DNA from: Clostridia bacterium
GTDB taxonomy: Bacteria; Bacillota; Sulfobacillia; JAJZYS01; JAJYTV01
Length of the DNA stretch: 64,000 nucleotides
Reading direction: 5' to 3'
Assembly: GCA_027420455.1 (NCBI GenBank)
Contig: DAIBJA010000023.1
Coordinates: forward strand, 6,427-70,426
Shown: positions 38,258 through 46,808 of the stretch, piece after piece
Layout of the letters: every line of letters begins with the position of its first letter
Position numbering within the stretch: the stretch's first letter is position 1
The notes under the pieces: model-generated
The model's input: the letters and a program-made list of their open reading frames with translations, nothing else
The model's database searches: none
Told to the model about the DNA's origin: nothing
Program-made: the position numbers and the translations under genes

Positions 38258-38880
38258 TTGAGCGAGGCCTCCACTTCCTGATAGATCCTGTCCGCCTTCG
38301 CCATGCCCTTCTGCAGCATGGTCTCGACCTTCTGATTGAGCTCTTCCGCGTAGGGACGGTCCTTCATGAGCTTCGTGTTGATGTAGACGTTCAGGCTTGC
38401 GCCCATGAGGGCCGCCTTGCAGAACTGCACGCCGACGCCGACGTCGCTCACGGCGATCCGCGTGCCCTTCTTCGCCAGCTCCTCGTGCAGATCCATGGCT
38501 TCCATGGCCCGCTCCATGATCTCGTAGGGAACGGCGGATGCCGCCTTGAGGGCGTTCTCGAGGGTGACTTCCTTGTATCGCTGCTGCTCCTCGGTCTCCT
38601 TGGGAAGCCCATAGGCCTTCGACAGCGGCTCGAAGACCTCGGCGTCCTTCTCGACCAAGGTCGTGAGCTGGGCGCGCAGCGCCTCGGCGTCCACGATGAT
38701 GCGCTGGATGTCCTCCTGGACGTCCTGGTACTTCTTCTTGCCGAGAGTCAGGTTCGCCACCATGGCGCCCAGCGCCGTACCCATCGCACCAACGAAGGCG
38801 GAAGCTCCCCCGCCGCCCGGTACCGGAGCGGCTGAGGCCAGGACAGTCAGGAAATCTGTGCAACGGTCGTCCGTAATCAT
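38254..38880 (-). CDS. fchA: Methenyltetrahydrofolate cyclohydrolase / formiminotransferase-cyclodeaminase domain protein
   Basis: 208 aa: FLTVLASAAPVPGGGGASAFVGAMGTALGAMVANLT is the cyclodeaminase signature. Forms an operon with folD. Confidence 0.8.
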   Translation of the reverse strand: MITDDRCTDFLTVLASAAPVPGGGGASAFVGAMGTALGAMVANLTLGKKKYQDVQEDIQRIIVDAEALRAQLTTLVEKDAEVFEPLSKAYGLPKETEEQQRYKEVTLENALKAASAVPYEIMERAMEAMDLHEELAKKGTRIAVSDVGVGVQFCKAALMGASLNVYINTKLMKDRPYAEELNQKVETMLQKGMAKADRIYQEVEASLK

Positions 38881-39142
38881 GTTGGACCTCCACGGTTCAG
38901 AGTGATGGCCAGATTACTTTTACCACACTGCCGCCCGCATCACATCGGTGATGAGGCTGCACGACGGTGCAATCTGTCCGATCGACCATGTCCCATGCGG
39001 CAACCAGTCCCAAGGACCGGCCATACGGCCAGCGAGGCCTTTCCGGCCTACCGGCGGCGCCGAGGCCCGTCCGCGGTCAGGCTGAGGGGGCCCCGGTCCG
39101 CGTCTCGTGCGGGATATGGACCGCCCATCGGTCCAGGGGGGC

Positions 39143-39370
39143 TCAGTCCCGGCAGCGGGCCCCGGCGCAGCGGAGCCCGCAGGACGCGCAGCCAGGATCC
39201 GCGGCGGTGCGGCAGGGTGATACGAGCGTGCCCGCAGGCAGGCGTCCAAGCCGCACCAGATGCTCGAGCCCCGCGCGCACCATCTCCTGATCCGCCGCAA
39301 GCCGTCTGGCGAGCTCCCGCAAGGTCCAGCTGTCCCTCTCTCCGATCGCCGCCTCGATGTCCCTCAGCAT
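39143..39370 (-). CDS. feoC: FeoC-like small winged-helix protein with Cys-rich tail
   Basis: 75 aa from ATG 39368-39370, 14 nt after the feoB stop: MLRDIEAAIGERDSWTLRELARRLAADQEMVRAGLEHLVRLGRL...CRTAADPGCASCGLRCAGARC. Confidence 0.55.
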   Translation of the reverse strand: MLRDIEAAIGERDSWTLRELARRLAADQEMVRAGLEHLVRLGRLPAGTLVSPCRTAADPGCASCGLRCAGARCRD

Positions 39371-39384
39371 GCCCAGCGCTCCCT

Positions 39385-41469
39385 TCAGGCGGCGAACCCC
39401 AGCAGGCAGCCGATCCTCTCGACCAGGAGTCCAGCGGCGAACGCGACCACGACGTTCACGGCCACACCGAGGGCGGCCCAACCCCAGCCGCCCGACTCGC
39501 GGCGCATCTGCACGACCGTCGAGAGACAGGGGACGTAGAGCATGTAGACCACGAGATAGGTAAAGGCGACGAGCGGCGTCATGGCCCCTGTCAGGGCATG
39601 CGCGAGGGACTCGTAGCCGGCCCCCGAGCCGTAGAGTACCCCGAGCGTCGAGAGCGTGGTCTCCTTCGCGACGAAGCCGAACAGGATCGCGACCATCAGG
39701 CGCCAGTCGAAGCCGAAGTGGCTGCCCACGCCCGCCGCCAGCGCGTGTCCGATCATGGCGGCGTAGGAGCGGTCGAGCGGCTGGCCAGAGGGAAAGTAGG
39801 TGAGAGCCCAGATGGCGATCGTGGCCCAGATCAGAAACCACCAGATCCGACTGAGGAAGAGCCAGACCCGATGCCACGTAGCGAGGAGCACGGTGCGCAG
39901 GGAAGGCCAATGGTAGCGCGGCAGCTCCAGGACGAGCGGAGCGGGATCGGTCGGCAGGACCGTGTGACGGTAGAGCGACGCAACCAGTGCCAGGATGACA
40001 AGGCTGACGGCGATCAACCCGATCATGGCCACAGCCCCGGCTGCCCCTGGGAAGAAGGCCGCCGTCATCACGGCCATCACGCCGAGCCGCGCATTGCATG
40101 GTATGAAGGGGATCACGAGGTTCGCGAGCAGGCGGTCCCGCGGGTTCTCCATGACCCTGGTCGCGGCCATGGCGGGAACATTGCAACCGAACGCCGAGAC
40201 GAGCGCGAAAAAGCCCTTGCCGTGCAGCCCGATCAGCTGCATGAACCGATCCACCAGGAGCGACGCCCGCGCCATGTAGCCCGTGTCCTGGAGAAACTGG
40301 TAGACCGCGAAGAAGACCGCCATGTAGGGCACGAACGAGAGGACGGCGCCAACGCCTGGGAAGATGCCGGAGAGCACCAGGCTGCGCAAGGCGCCTGGCG
40401 CGCCTGCCGCGCCAAGCGCGGCCGCGGACACTTTGCCGAGGCGGACGATGACGCGGTCGATCGCCTGCGAGAGCGGTGCGCTCGCGACGAAGGCCAGCCA
40501 GAACCCGGCCGAGAAGACGCCCGCCATGATGGCGTAGCCCCATAGGCTGTGCAGAAGGAGCCTGTCGATCGCCTCGGTCCGGTCGCCCCGCCAGCGGCGG
40601 CGGCGCCGCAGGCAGGCGCCGAGGATGTCGGCGATCAGGGAGTAGCGGCTGTCGGCCAGAAGCAGGGCGAATTCCTCCTGCCGCTCCTCGAGGCTCGTTT
40701 TGGCGCCTGTGGCCGGCTGCGGTCCGCCGCCTCCCGTAGCGGCTCCTGCCTCGCGTGCGGCGAGCGCCCGTGCGAAGTCCAGGACTTCGCGACCGCGCGG
40801 CAGAGCAGCCACCGTACGGGCGATCTCGCCATCGCCCTGGAGAAGCTGCAGCGCCACCCACGCGGGCCGGTATGGCAGCGCGGCGCCGAGCGCCGTGAGC
40901 CGCCTGGTGAGAGGCTCCAGCTCCGCGCGCCGCATTGCGTCCGGATAGTGCGTCACGGCGGTTGACGCCTGAAGCTCCGTCCGCCCTGCTACGGCCGTCG
41001 ACGCGGCGATCAGGCGGCCAAGGCCGCTCGAGCGCGACGCGACCGTCGGCACCACGGGCACCCCAAGCCTCTCGGCGAGGAGGCTTGCATCGACCGCAAT
41101 CCCTTCGCGCCGCGCCGCATCCATCATGTTCAGCGCCACGACGACTTTGGACGTGTACTCGATCAGTTCGAGGACGAGATAGAGGTTGCGCTCGAGCCGC
41201 GCGGCGTCCACCACCACGATGACCGCGTCGTAGGTCTGGTGCAGGAGGAAATCCCGGGTGACCTGCTCCTCCTGCGAGTAGGCTTCAAGCGCGTAGGTGC
41301 CCGGCAGATCGACGAGCTCGAGCTCTACGCCGCCCTGCGCAGGTACCCTGCCGGTGACTACGTCCACCGTGGTGCCTGGCCAATTCGCGACCTCCTGCCT
41401 CCGGCCTGTCAAGGCATTGAAGAGCGTCGTCTTGCCGACGTTCGGGTTTCCCGCCAGGACGACACGCAT
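39385..41469 (-). CDS. feoB: Ferrous iron transporter FeoB
   Basis: ATG 41467-41469 follows GGGAGG. MRVVLAGNPNVGKTTLFNALTG G-domain followed by a polytopic membrane domain. 694 aa. Confidence 0.95.
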   Translation of the reverse strand: MRVVLAGNPNVGKTTLFNALTGRRQEVANWPGTTVDVVTGRVPAQGGVELELVDLPGTYALEAYSQEEQVTRDFLLHQTYDAVIVVVDAARLERNLYLVLELIEYTSKVVVALNMMDAARREGIAVDASLLAERLGVPVVPTVASRSSGLGRLIAASTAVAGRTELQASTAVTHYPDAMRRAELEPLTRRLTALGAALPYRPAWVALQLLQGDGEIARTVAALPRGREVLDFARALAAREAGAATGGGGPQPATGAKTSLEERQEEFALLLADSRYSLIADILGACLRRRRRWRGDRTEAIDRLLLHSLWGYAIMAGVFSAGFWLAFVASAPLSQAIDRVIVRLGKVSAAALGAAGAPGALRSLVLSGIFPGVGAVLSFVPYMAVFFAVYQFLQDTGYMARASLLVDRFMQLIGLHGKGFFALVSAFGCNVPAMAATRVMENPRDRLLANLVIPFIPCNARLGVMAVMTAAFFPGAAGAVAMIGLIAVSLVILALVASLYRHTVLPTDPAPLVLELPRYHWPSLRTVLLATWHRVWLFLSRIWWFLIWATIAIWALTYFPSGQPLDRSYAAMIGHALAAGVGSHFGFDWRLMVAILFGFVAKETTLSTLGVLYGSGAGYESLAHALTGAMTPLVAFTYLVVYMLYVPCLSTVVQMRRESGGWGWAALGVAVNVVVAFAAGLLVERIGCLLGFAA

Positions 41470-41483
41470 CGGGCGACCTCCCA

Positions 41484-41744
41484 TTACGCGCGCTGCGCAG
41501 GAATCTCACGCCTCACCGTGACCGTGATCTCTCGCGCGTCCTCTAAGCGCAGCGCGAGGCAGGTGCCGCGCACCTCGATTTCGATCGGGCCGCCGATCGG
41601 CATCCGCCGCAAGATGCGCACAAGGCTGCGCGGGGTGATGCCCAGCGCGAGCATGCGCCGGCGGAAGGCAGGATGACCGAAGACGGCACGCACCTCCGCC
41701 TCCGTGGCCACCGGAAGGTCGCTAAGGCGCAGCGTGCAAACCAT
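41484..41744 (-). CDS. feoA: Ferrous iron transport protein FeoA
   Basis: 86 aa, SH3-like FeoA pattern (LSDLPVATEAEVRAV...RRRMLALGITPRSLVRILRRMPIGGPIEIEVRG). Confidence 0.85.
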   Translation of the reverse strand: MVCTLRLSDLPVATEAEVRAVFGHPAFRRRMLALGITPRSLVRILRRMPIGGPIEIEVRGTCLALRLEDAREITVTVRREIPAQRA

Positions 41745-41830
41745 CTGCTCACTCGTTTCGACAGTCGGCTGGTTTCCATGGGGCTAAGAGAGTCTATGCC
41801 GAGCAGGTCTCCGCTAGGTTCAATGGGCAA

Positions 41831-41876
41831 AGGGATGTCCCGCCCCCTCCACACGCGGAGGCTGCGGGACATCCCT
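41831..41876 (-). terminator. Long hairpin terminator after the methyltransferase gene, upstream of feoA
   Basis: agggatgtcccgc...gcgggacatccct is a 13-bp perfect outer stem with an inner cctcc/ggagg stem. The minus strand continues with TTTG. Confidence 0.65.
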
Positions 41877-41946
41877 ATAGGCACAGGCACTGGGCGGATG
41901 CTGCGGGCAAGGCTTTCTTCCGGCCTTCCGCGACGCCCGGGAGCTA

Positions 41947-42699
41947 TCAGGGCCGCACGGCGACGAGCACGGTGCGCGACTTCACGAAGTGGAGGCCGTC
42001 CGCCTCTTCATGAATCCCGAGGGCTTCGTGCTCCGCAGGGCTTGCCGCGCCAAGGATCCCTGCGACCACGCCGAGGTCGACCTCGGCCGGCGAGACCGGA
42101 GCCAGCCAGCGATCGAGGGCATAATCCTCCCGTTCGATCTCGAGCGCCTCCACCCTGAAACCTGCCGCCTCCACCGCCTTGCGCCAACCTTGCGGCGAGA
42201 GCGCGCTGCGGTGCGACTTGTCGCGCAAGCGCTCGATGCGGTTGAGGAGATCGATCACCGCATCGTCGGCCGTCATGTCCGAGATGCCCAGCCTGCCGCC
42301 TGATGCGAGGAGCCGATACGCCTCGCTCAGGAAGCCGGGGATGTCCGGGAAGTGGTGCGCCGCCCGACGGCAGGTCGCCAGGGTGAACGAGAGGTCCGGT
42401 AGCGGGATCGCCACGGCATCGGCCACCAACGTCTCGATCCCGAGTCCCCGTTCGGCGGCGAGACCCTTGGCCTCGTCCAGCATCTCGCGCGTGAAGTCGA
42501 CGAGCACGGCGCCGGCGATGAGCGGCCTGAGGTGCAGTGCCGTGTGCCCTGTCCCCGCGGCGATGTCCACCAGCCGGTCCTGGGGCTGCGGATGCAGGAG
42601 CTGTGTGAGCATCTCGAGGTCCTTGCCTGTCTTGTGGCTCTGGCTCACCGTATACCCGCTCGCGTGTCGCGCGAAGAAGTCCTGCACGTCATTCGGCAC
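41947..42699 (-). CDS. Class I SAM-dependent methyltransferase (Methyltransf_11-like)
   Basis: GTG 42697-42699 lies 9 nt after GGGAGG. Motif I LVDIAAGTGHTALHL. 250 aa. The upstream part of the 402-aa track ORF is not coding for this protein. Confidence 0.75.
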   Translation of the reverse strand: MPNDVQDFFARHASGYTVSQSHKTGKDLEMLTQLLHPQPQDRLVDIAAGTGHTALHLRPLIAGAVLVDFTREMLDEAKGLAAERGLGIETLVADAVAIPLPDLSFTLATCRRAAHHFPDIPGFLSEAYRLLASGGRLGISDMTADDAVIDLLNRIERLRDKSHRSALSPQGWRKAVEAAGFRVEALEIEREDYALDRWLAPVSPAEVDLGVVAGILGAASPAEHEALGIHEEADGLHFVKSRTVLVAVRP

Positions 42700-42833
42700 C
42701 TGTCCACACCTCCCATGTGAGGGTACCAATCGTCGCATGCCCGTGGTCATCGGGAATCGGCATGGCCGCCATTCCAAGTCTCGGGGTCTAGCGCCTGCTG
42801 CGGCCCTCGTCCCCGACTTCTCGAGATCCCTCG

Positions 42834-43094
42834 CTAGGCTCTTCGTGCACCGCTTCTCCGCCCATCTGCCGCCGACGTCCACGATGGCTGGGAATGCTGC
42901 GCTCCTATCCGCACTCCTTGTGAATGACGCGCGGTCGCTTCGCACGGTCTGCCTGGGTTGAGCACGGGCAGGCCCTCTTCCACGGCGGCTTGCAGCGCCT
43001 TGCGCGTGACCGCGTGGACGTACCCCACAGTCGCGGGTCGGCCCACGCCTGCGCTCCGGCTTTTCGCTCGAAGGTGGCCGCCCGTTACCGCCAC
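42834..43094 (-). pseudogene. Fragment of a tyrosine-recombinase (phage integrase) N-terminal SAM-like domain
   Basis: The track ORF contains RPATVGYVHAVTRKALQAAVEEGLPVLNP. This matches the end of integrase core-binding domains (sp.T...y...lr.al..Av.eGli..NP). An adjacent frame continues ..RAKRPRV.HKE. No catalytic domain follows. Confidence 0.35.
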
Positions 43095-43194
43095 TTGCCG
43101 GGCTTGTCGGGATCGGGATAGCGCCTAACGGCCTGCTACCCTCGCCCTTTGGCACGGCGGTCGCGGATCGTAGCGGACGGGCGGCGAGGCATCC

Positions 43195-43442
43195 CTACAG
43201 TGCCTTTCGTTCAAGGCTCTGGATACGCTGCTCGTGGTCCTCCAGCTTGCTGTCGAGGGTTTCTTGATCGCCTGCACGCCCTCCCAGACTAGGTCCACCT
43301 TGTTGTCGACCTGTTCGATCAAGACGCGGGCCTGCACGTGGAGGTGTTCGGCATGCTCGCGGGTGGCGTTGTTGAGATCGACCATTCGCGTGACGAGGTT
43401 CTCCTGCATCGCGTCCAGATACGCCTTCATCTCCGGGTCCAT
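43195..43442 (-). pseudogene. Small coiled-coil protein gene interrupted by a 1-nt frameshift
   Basis: ATG 43440-43442 follows GGGAG. MDPEMKAYLDAMQENLVTRMVDLNNATREHAEHLHVQARVLIEQVDNKVDLVWEGVQA continues sensibly only in the -1 frame (DQETLDSKLEDHEQRIQSLERKAL, stop at 43195). The shift is near 43265. Confidence 0.45.
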
Positions 43443-43514
43443 AGGTTCCGCTCCCTTCACCTGCCCGGACGTTCGCCGGAAGTCCGGCGTGTCCCTTCCG
43501 CAAGGAAATGCTTT

Positions 43515-43602
43515 GGGGCGTAGCCCAGGCGAGAACGACCGTCTCCGAAACGGGCCATGTCTCGAAAGCAAGAGGCCGCAGGTTCGCGTCCCGCCGGGCG
43601 CG
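43515..43602 (+). pseudogene. tRNA-derived remnant (pseudo-tRNA)
   Basis: The 5' part GGGGCGTAGCCCAGG and the 3' part CAAGAGGCCGCAGGTTCGCGTCCCGCCGGGCGCG resemble the halves of the nearby tRNA-Ala. The acceptor and D stems do not pair, and the T-loop reads TTCGCGT. GAAACCCGCT follows, as after the true tRNA. Confidence 0.35.
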
Positions 43603-43933
43603 TGTAAAACACTGAAACCCGCTCTTGGAGTTGATCTTTTGCGCCGCTGCCTTTTTGGTTGTCTACTTCTTCCCAGGCGGCTTCTCGCCGTCGATCCGCG
43701 TATAAATCCTGCTCGGCATCGGCGTTGTGCTTCTGGTCCTGGTGCTGATCGTGGGCGTTGCCACCATCCTGCCGGGCGACAGGCTCTACTCCCCAGCTGA
43801 GCGGCGCGCAGCGTCGTACGGCGACGATACCTGGCCGCGTCCTCGCTCGCAGGCGTTTGAGTTACCCCAGGGCGCCCCACCGCGCGAGTTTGCAGGGGGC
43901 AACGTCGCCGCCGACAAAGGAGACGACTTGTAG

Positions 43934-44060
43934 ATGCTATACCTAGTCACATATCAGTTGCGCCCGCGTCTCGCCCGGACGCAAGTGGTAAAGGCGCTAA
44001 AAGTCGTATCCGGCATGGTGGCATTACCTGGACAACACCTCACCAAGGTATAGGTCCTAG
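43934..44060 (+). pseudogene. Broken small ORF (MLYLVTYQLR...WWHYLDNT) in a lower-GC patch
   Basis: AAGGAG-type SD then ATG: MLYLVTYQLRPRLARTQVVKALK. The +1 frame continues SYPAWWHYLDNTSPRYRS and then stops. This looks like the N-terminus of a small beta-alpha-beta protein, truncated and frameshifted. Confidence 0.3.
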
Positions 44061-44066
44061 CAAAGC

Positions 44067-44095
44067 GCAGAACCCGCTTCAGCAGCGGGTTCTGC
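44067..44095 (-). terminator. Hairpin 10 nt downstream of the partial tRNA copy (likely the original tRNA-Ala terminator)
   Basis: gcagaacccgct-tcagc-agcgggttctgc: a 12-bp perfect stem. The minus strand continues GCTTTG. Related to the hairpin at 45406-45430. Confidence 0.5.
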
Positions 44096-44105
44096 GAGTT
44101 CAACT

Positions 44106-44151
<46 letters not shown>

Positions 44152-44307
44152 TATGCTTCGCCGCGTCTACAGCGTATCACCTGTCTACTGTCAAAATGCG
44201 AGAGGTAACGTGTACGCAGCAGTCGAACTCCAAAGTAGCCGACCTCTGCGACGGGCTCGGACCACTGGGCAATGGGGAGCATCTTCTCTTGCAGGTGCCC
44301 CTCCCTG

Positions 44308-44565
44308 CTAGCGGTAGACGTGACTCCGGTGTCCGATCTTGACAACTAACACAACCAGCTGCCGGTCAAGGATCTCGTAGATGACTCGGTAGTGTCCTTG
44401 ACGGATACGGTACCGCTCAAGACCAGAGAGCTTCTCACATCCACGTGGACGCGGGTTGTCAGCAAGGGCGGAGATGCGCTCCAATATCGCTGTTACCTGC
44501 TCGCGTGGCAGTCCCTTGAGATCCCTGGCGACCGATTCCTTGAACCGGATCTCAAAGGGTGCCAT
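44308..44565 (-). CDS. relE: RelE/ParE-family type II toxin
   Basis: 85 aa: MAPFEIRFKESVARDLKGLPREQVTAILERISALADNPRPRGCEKLSGLERYRIRQGHYRVIYEILDRQLVVLVVKIGHR. Overlaps the antitoxin gene by 14 nt. Confidence 0.85.
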   Translation of the reverse strand: MAPFEIRFKESVARDLKGLPREQVTAILERISALADNPRPRGCEKLSGLERYRIRQGHYRVIYEILDRQLVVLVVKIGHRSHVYR

Positions 44566-44785
44566 TAGCCTTCAGTTCGGCAAGGAGCTCCTCATAGGTG
44601 ATTTCGGGTTCGGAGGCACGCTCTTCGAACGCCTGTAGATCTTCCCGATCTTCCCGCAAGAGGCCGCGCACGGCTTCGTTGACAATGTCGGAAATCGGCC
44701 GGCGCGTAACGGCCGACTTCACGCGAAGTGCCCTGTGGATCTCAGTCTCCAAGTAGACGGTTGTCCGTTCGGTGTCCTTTCCCAC
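44552..44785 (-). CDS. Ribbon-helix-helix type antitoxin
   Basis: 77 aa. TTVYLETEIHRALRVKSAVTRRPISDIVNEAVRGLL is an RHH-like N-terminus, with an acidic C-terminal tail. GTG start follows GAGGGAGGG. Confidence 0.75.
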   Translation of the reverse strand: MGKDTERTTVYLETEIHRALRVKSAVTRRPISDIVNEAVRGLLREDREDLQAFEERASEPEITYEELLAELKANGTL

Positions 44786-44806
44786 GACGGTCCCTCCCTC
44801 TTCTAT

Positions 44807-44841
44807 ATTGTAACACGGTGACGCTAAGACGTTAAGGCGTC
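44807..44841 (-). promoter_or_regulatory. Promoter and probable operator of the toxin-antitoxin operon
   Basis: Minus strand reads TTAACG, a 17-nt spacer, then TGtTACAAT (extended -10). The inverted repeat GACGC-N12-GCGTC overlaps the -35. Confidence 0.5.
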
Positions 44842-44864
44842 TACAACGTGCAAGCCTGAACGTC

Positions 44865-45314
44865 TCAGGATTCGACGCGGGCGACGACTTGATGCCCGCG
44901 TTGACACCGATCCATTCGGCGGCGGGGAGCGCGCTTGCACTTCGTCGGCCCGCCCGTTTTGAGGGTGCCAGTCAATGCCGTCAGATGCGACGGCGACCAC
45001 ATCGCCCCACCAAAGAGCGCAATCTGGTCGTCCGTGCCCGCGCCGAGGTACTCGTCCAGAACTGCGCGGCTGCGACTTCCCTCTGCGAACATACGTCCCG
45101 CGATGTCATGGAGATCGAGGGCTTTCTCGTCTCGTGTGTCTCCGTCCATGTCCTCAGTGAGCGCCCACACCAACACCGAGAGGAGCCACAGTGCAGGCTG
45201 GTGCAACAGCCGAGACGCCTTGAAGCTCTCGGTGTGGAGGCGAGCAATACCCCCCTGGAAGGTGCTGTGCTCGCCAACACATAGGTCGATTCCGACCACG
45301 CGATCCCATCCCAA
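44865..45314 (-). CDS. Hypothetical protein (no family recognised) inside the tRNA-flanked islet
   Basis: 149-aa ORF with a TTG start and moderate GC3. The C-terminal ~25 aa are Arg-rich and may be out of frame. No motifs recognised by eye. Confidence 0.35.
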   Translation of the reverse strand: MGWDRVVGIDLCVGEHSTFQGGIARLHTESFKASRLLHQPALWLLSVLVWALTEDMDGDTRDEKALDLHDIAGRMFAEGSRSRAVLDEYLGAGTDDQIALFGGAMWSPSHLTALTGTLKTGGPTKCKRAPRRRMDRCQRGHQVVARVES

Positions 45315-45405
45315 GGTCTCTGATACAGAAGGATAGTTGCCAAGTCCGTTGCCAAACGGCTCACGAATCCCAGATCAAGACACTCCGCACAGGACAGCAG
45401 AGTTT

Positions 45406-45430
45406 GAAACCCGCTCAGAGAGCGGGTTTC
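45406..45430 (-). terminator. Hairpin 13 nt downstream of tRNA-Ala
   Basis: gaaacccgctc-aga-gagcgggtttc: an 11-bp perfect stem with no U tract. Confidence 0.4.
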
Positions 45431-45443
45431 AACGTCTTCAATT

Positions 45444-45519
<76 letters not shown>

Positions 45520-45565
45520 GAAAAGCGCGCCCTGCTCCACGCTCGGCGCATCGGGCACGTTTGTC

Positions 45566-45594
45566 ACTATACTCGAAGGCCCCCGGCCGGTCAA
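45566..45594 (-). promoter_or_regulatory. Sigma-A type promoter of tRNA-Ala
   Basis: Minus strand reads TTGACC, a 17-nt spacer, then TATAGT, about 45 nt upstream of the tRNA 5' end. Confidence 0.65.
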
Positions 45595-45623
45595 GCGATG
45601 CAGCCGCGCCATGACACCTGAGT

Positions 45624-46643
45624 TCAATCGTGACGAACGTCGAGAACAGCCGCGCCATCCAACTGACTTGCCTTCATGTCGCGCAGCGCCTCATTGGCCG
45701 TTGCAAAGGGATAGGTGGTGAATTCCGCTCGTATGTCGAGTCGATCCGCAAGCGCGATGAACTCGCGGGCGTCCTGAGCCGTCAGGTTCGCGACACTGCG
45801 CAGGGTGCGTTCTCCGTAGAGCAGGGTGTACGGCATGGCGGGGATGTCAGTCATGTGCACGGCATTGATCGCCACCGTGCCTCCCGGGCGGACGGCCCGA
45901 AGCGCCTGCGGCACCACAGAGCCTGCGGGAGCGAACGTCACCGCGCTATCGGCAAGCGACGGCGCGTCGTCGCCTGGCATGCCGGCCCATCTCGCGCCCA
46001 GTTCGAGCGCGAGACGCCGATGCGATGCTCCGCGCGTGAACACGAAGACCTCCGCCTCCTGGCGCAGGGCGAGCTGCAGCACAAGATGCGCCGACGCGCC
46101 AAAACCAAAGAGCGCCACCCGCCGGCCCGGCTGGAAGTCCGCCAGCCGCAGCGACCGGTAGCCGATCACCCCCGCGCAGAGCAGGGGCGCCGCCGCATGG
46201 CTCTCCATTCGGTCCGGGATCGGTACGGTGTAGGCGGCGGGTACGGTCATCCACTCGGCGTAGCCGCCATGGCGGTGAAGCCCGTTGAACTCCGCCTGCT
46301 CGCAGAGATTCTCCTCGCCGCGCAGGCAGGCGGGACAGACGCCGCACGCCTTGCGCAGCCAGTAGGCACCGACGCGCATCCCTGCCGAGACGTCCGTGAC
46401 GCCTTCCCCGACCGCATCGACTGTGCCCACCACTTGGTGGCCGGGAATGATCGGCAGTCGCGGCAGGTCGAGATCGCCCTCGGCCGTGTGCAGATCGGTA
46501 TGGCAGACACCGCAGGCATCGACCCTCAGTCGCACCTCGCCCGGGCCCGGCTGGGGCGTCTGGACATCGCGCAGGACAAGCGGTCCCCGTGTCTGGCCGG
46601 AGAGGGCCACCTCGGCCGGCCTTTCGAGCAGCCAAGCGCGCAA
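45624..46643 (-). CDS. adh: Zinc-dependent alcohol dehydrogenase family protein
   Basis: [17 protein letters not shown] and the structural-zinc cysteines [15 protein letters not shown]. Proposed TTG start at 46641-46643 follows GAAGGAAG; ATG at 46688 is an alternative. The rest of the 780-aa track ORF is an artefact. Confidence 0.85.
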   Translation of the reverse strand: MRAWLLERPAEVALSGQTRGPLVLRDVQTPQPGPGEVRLRVDACGVCHTDLHTAEGDLDLPRLPIIPGHQVVGTVDAVGEGVTDVSAGMRVGAYWLRKACGVCPACLRGEENLCEQAEFNGLHRHGGYAEWMTVPAAYTVPIPDRMESHAAAPLLCAGVIGYRSLRLADFQPGRRVALFGFGASAHLVLQLALRQEAEVFVFTRGASHRRLALELGARWAGMPGDDAPSLADSAVTFAPAGSVVPQALRAVRPGGTVAINAVHMTDIPAMPYTLLYGERTLRSVANLTAQDAREFIALADRLDIRAEFTTYPFATANEALRDMKASQLDGAAVLDVRHD

Positions 46644-46808
46644 AGGAACACTTCCTTCATCGCCCGATAGTTCTTGTGCCGGCTCCATGGTGCCTCGTGT
46701 CCCTTGGCGGCGCAACGTCCCTTGGCGCAAGGAAGGAGAGCCGTCCGGCGCGAAGACGCTGAGAGTTCTATTTGGCCCGTCCGGGTCGAGAAGCGAGGAG
46801 ATGGCGAG

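Noticed and set aside
38881-39142. Possible ZTP (pfl) or other folate/purine riboswitch upstream of fchA-folD, prompted by GGGACUGG...CCGCAUGGGAC on the minus strand.
   Set aside because: The two conserved-looking pieces are adjacent, not separated by the P1/P2 sub-domain. CCGCAUGGGAC also deviates from CCGCCUGGGC. I could not draw the pseudoknotted fold. An Infernal scan with RF01750 would settle it.
43255-43275. Programmed -1 ribosomal frameshift in the small coiled-coil gene.
   Set aside because: There is no X_XXY_YYZ slippery heptamer at the frame junction (gcg atc aag aaa ccc) and no obvious downstream stimulatory structure. A pseudogene or a sequencing error is simpler.
43515-43602. 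A functional second tRNA gene on the plus strand.
   Set aside because: The acceptor arms are not complementary (GGGGCGT versus CGGGCGC). No D stem forms, the T stem has a mismatch, and the T loop reads TTCGCGT (A58 replaced). No CCA or sensible anticodon arm is present. I treat it as a remnant.
44865-45314. ORF149 as a truncated tyrosine recombinase, based on a weak resemblance of LHDIAGRMFAEG...LDEYLGAG to box II (HDLRHT.A...G......LGH).
   Set aside because: The R-H dyad, the LGH histidine and the catalytic Tyr are absent. Only 130 nt separate the ORF from the tRNA, so no N-terminal two-thirds could exist. The resemblance is too weak to claim without a profile search.
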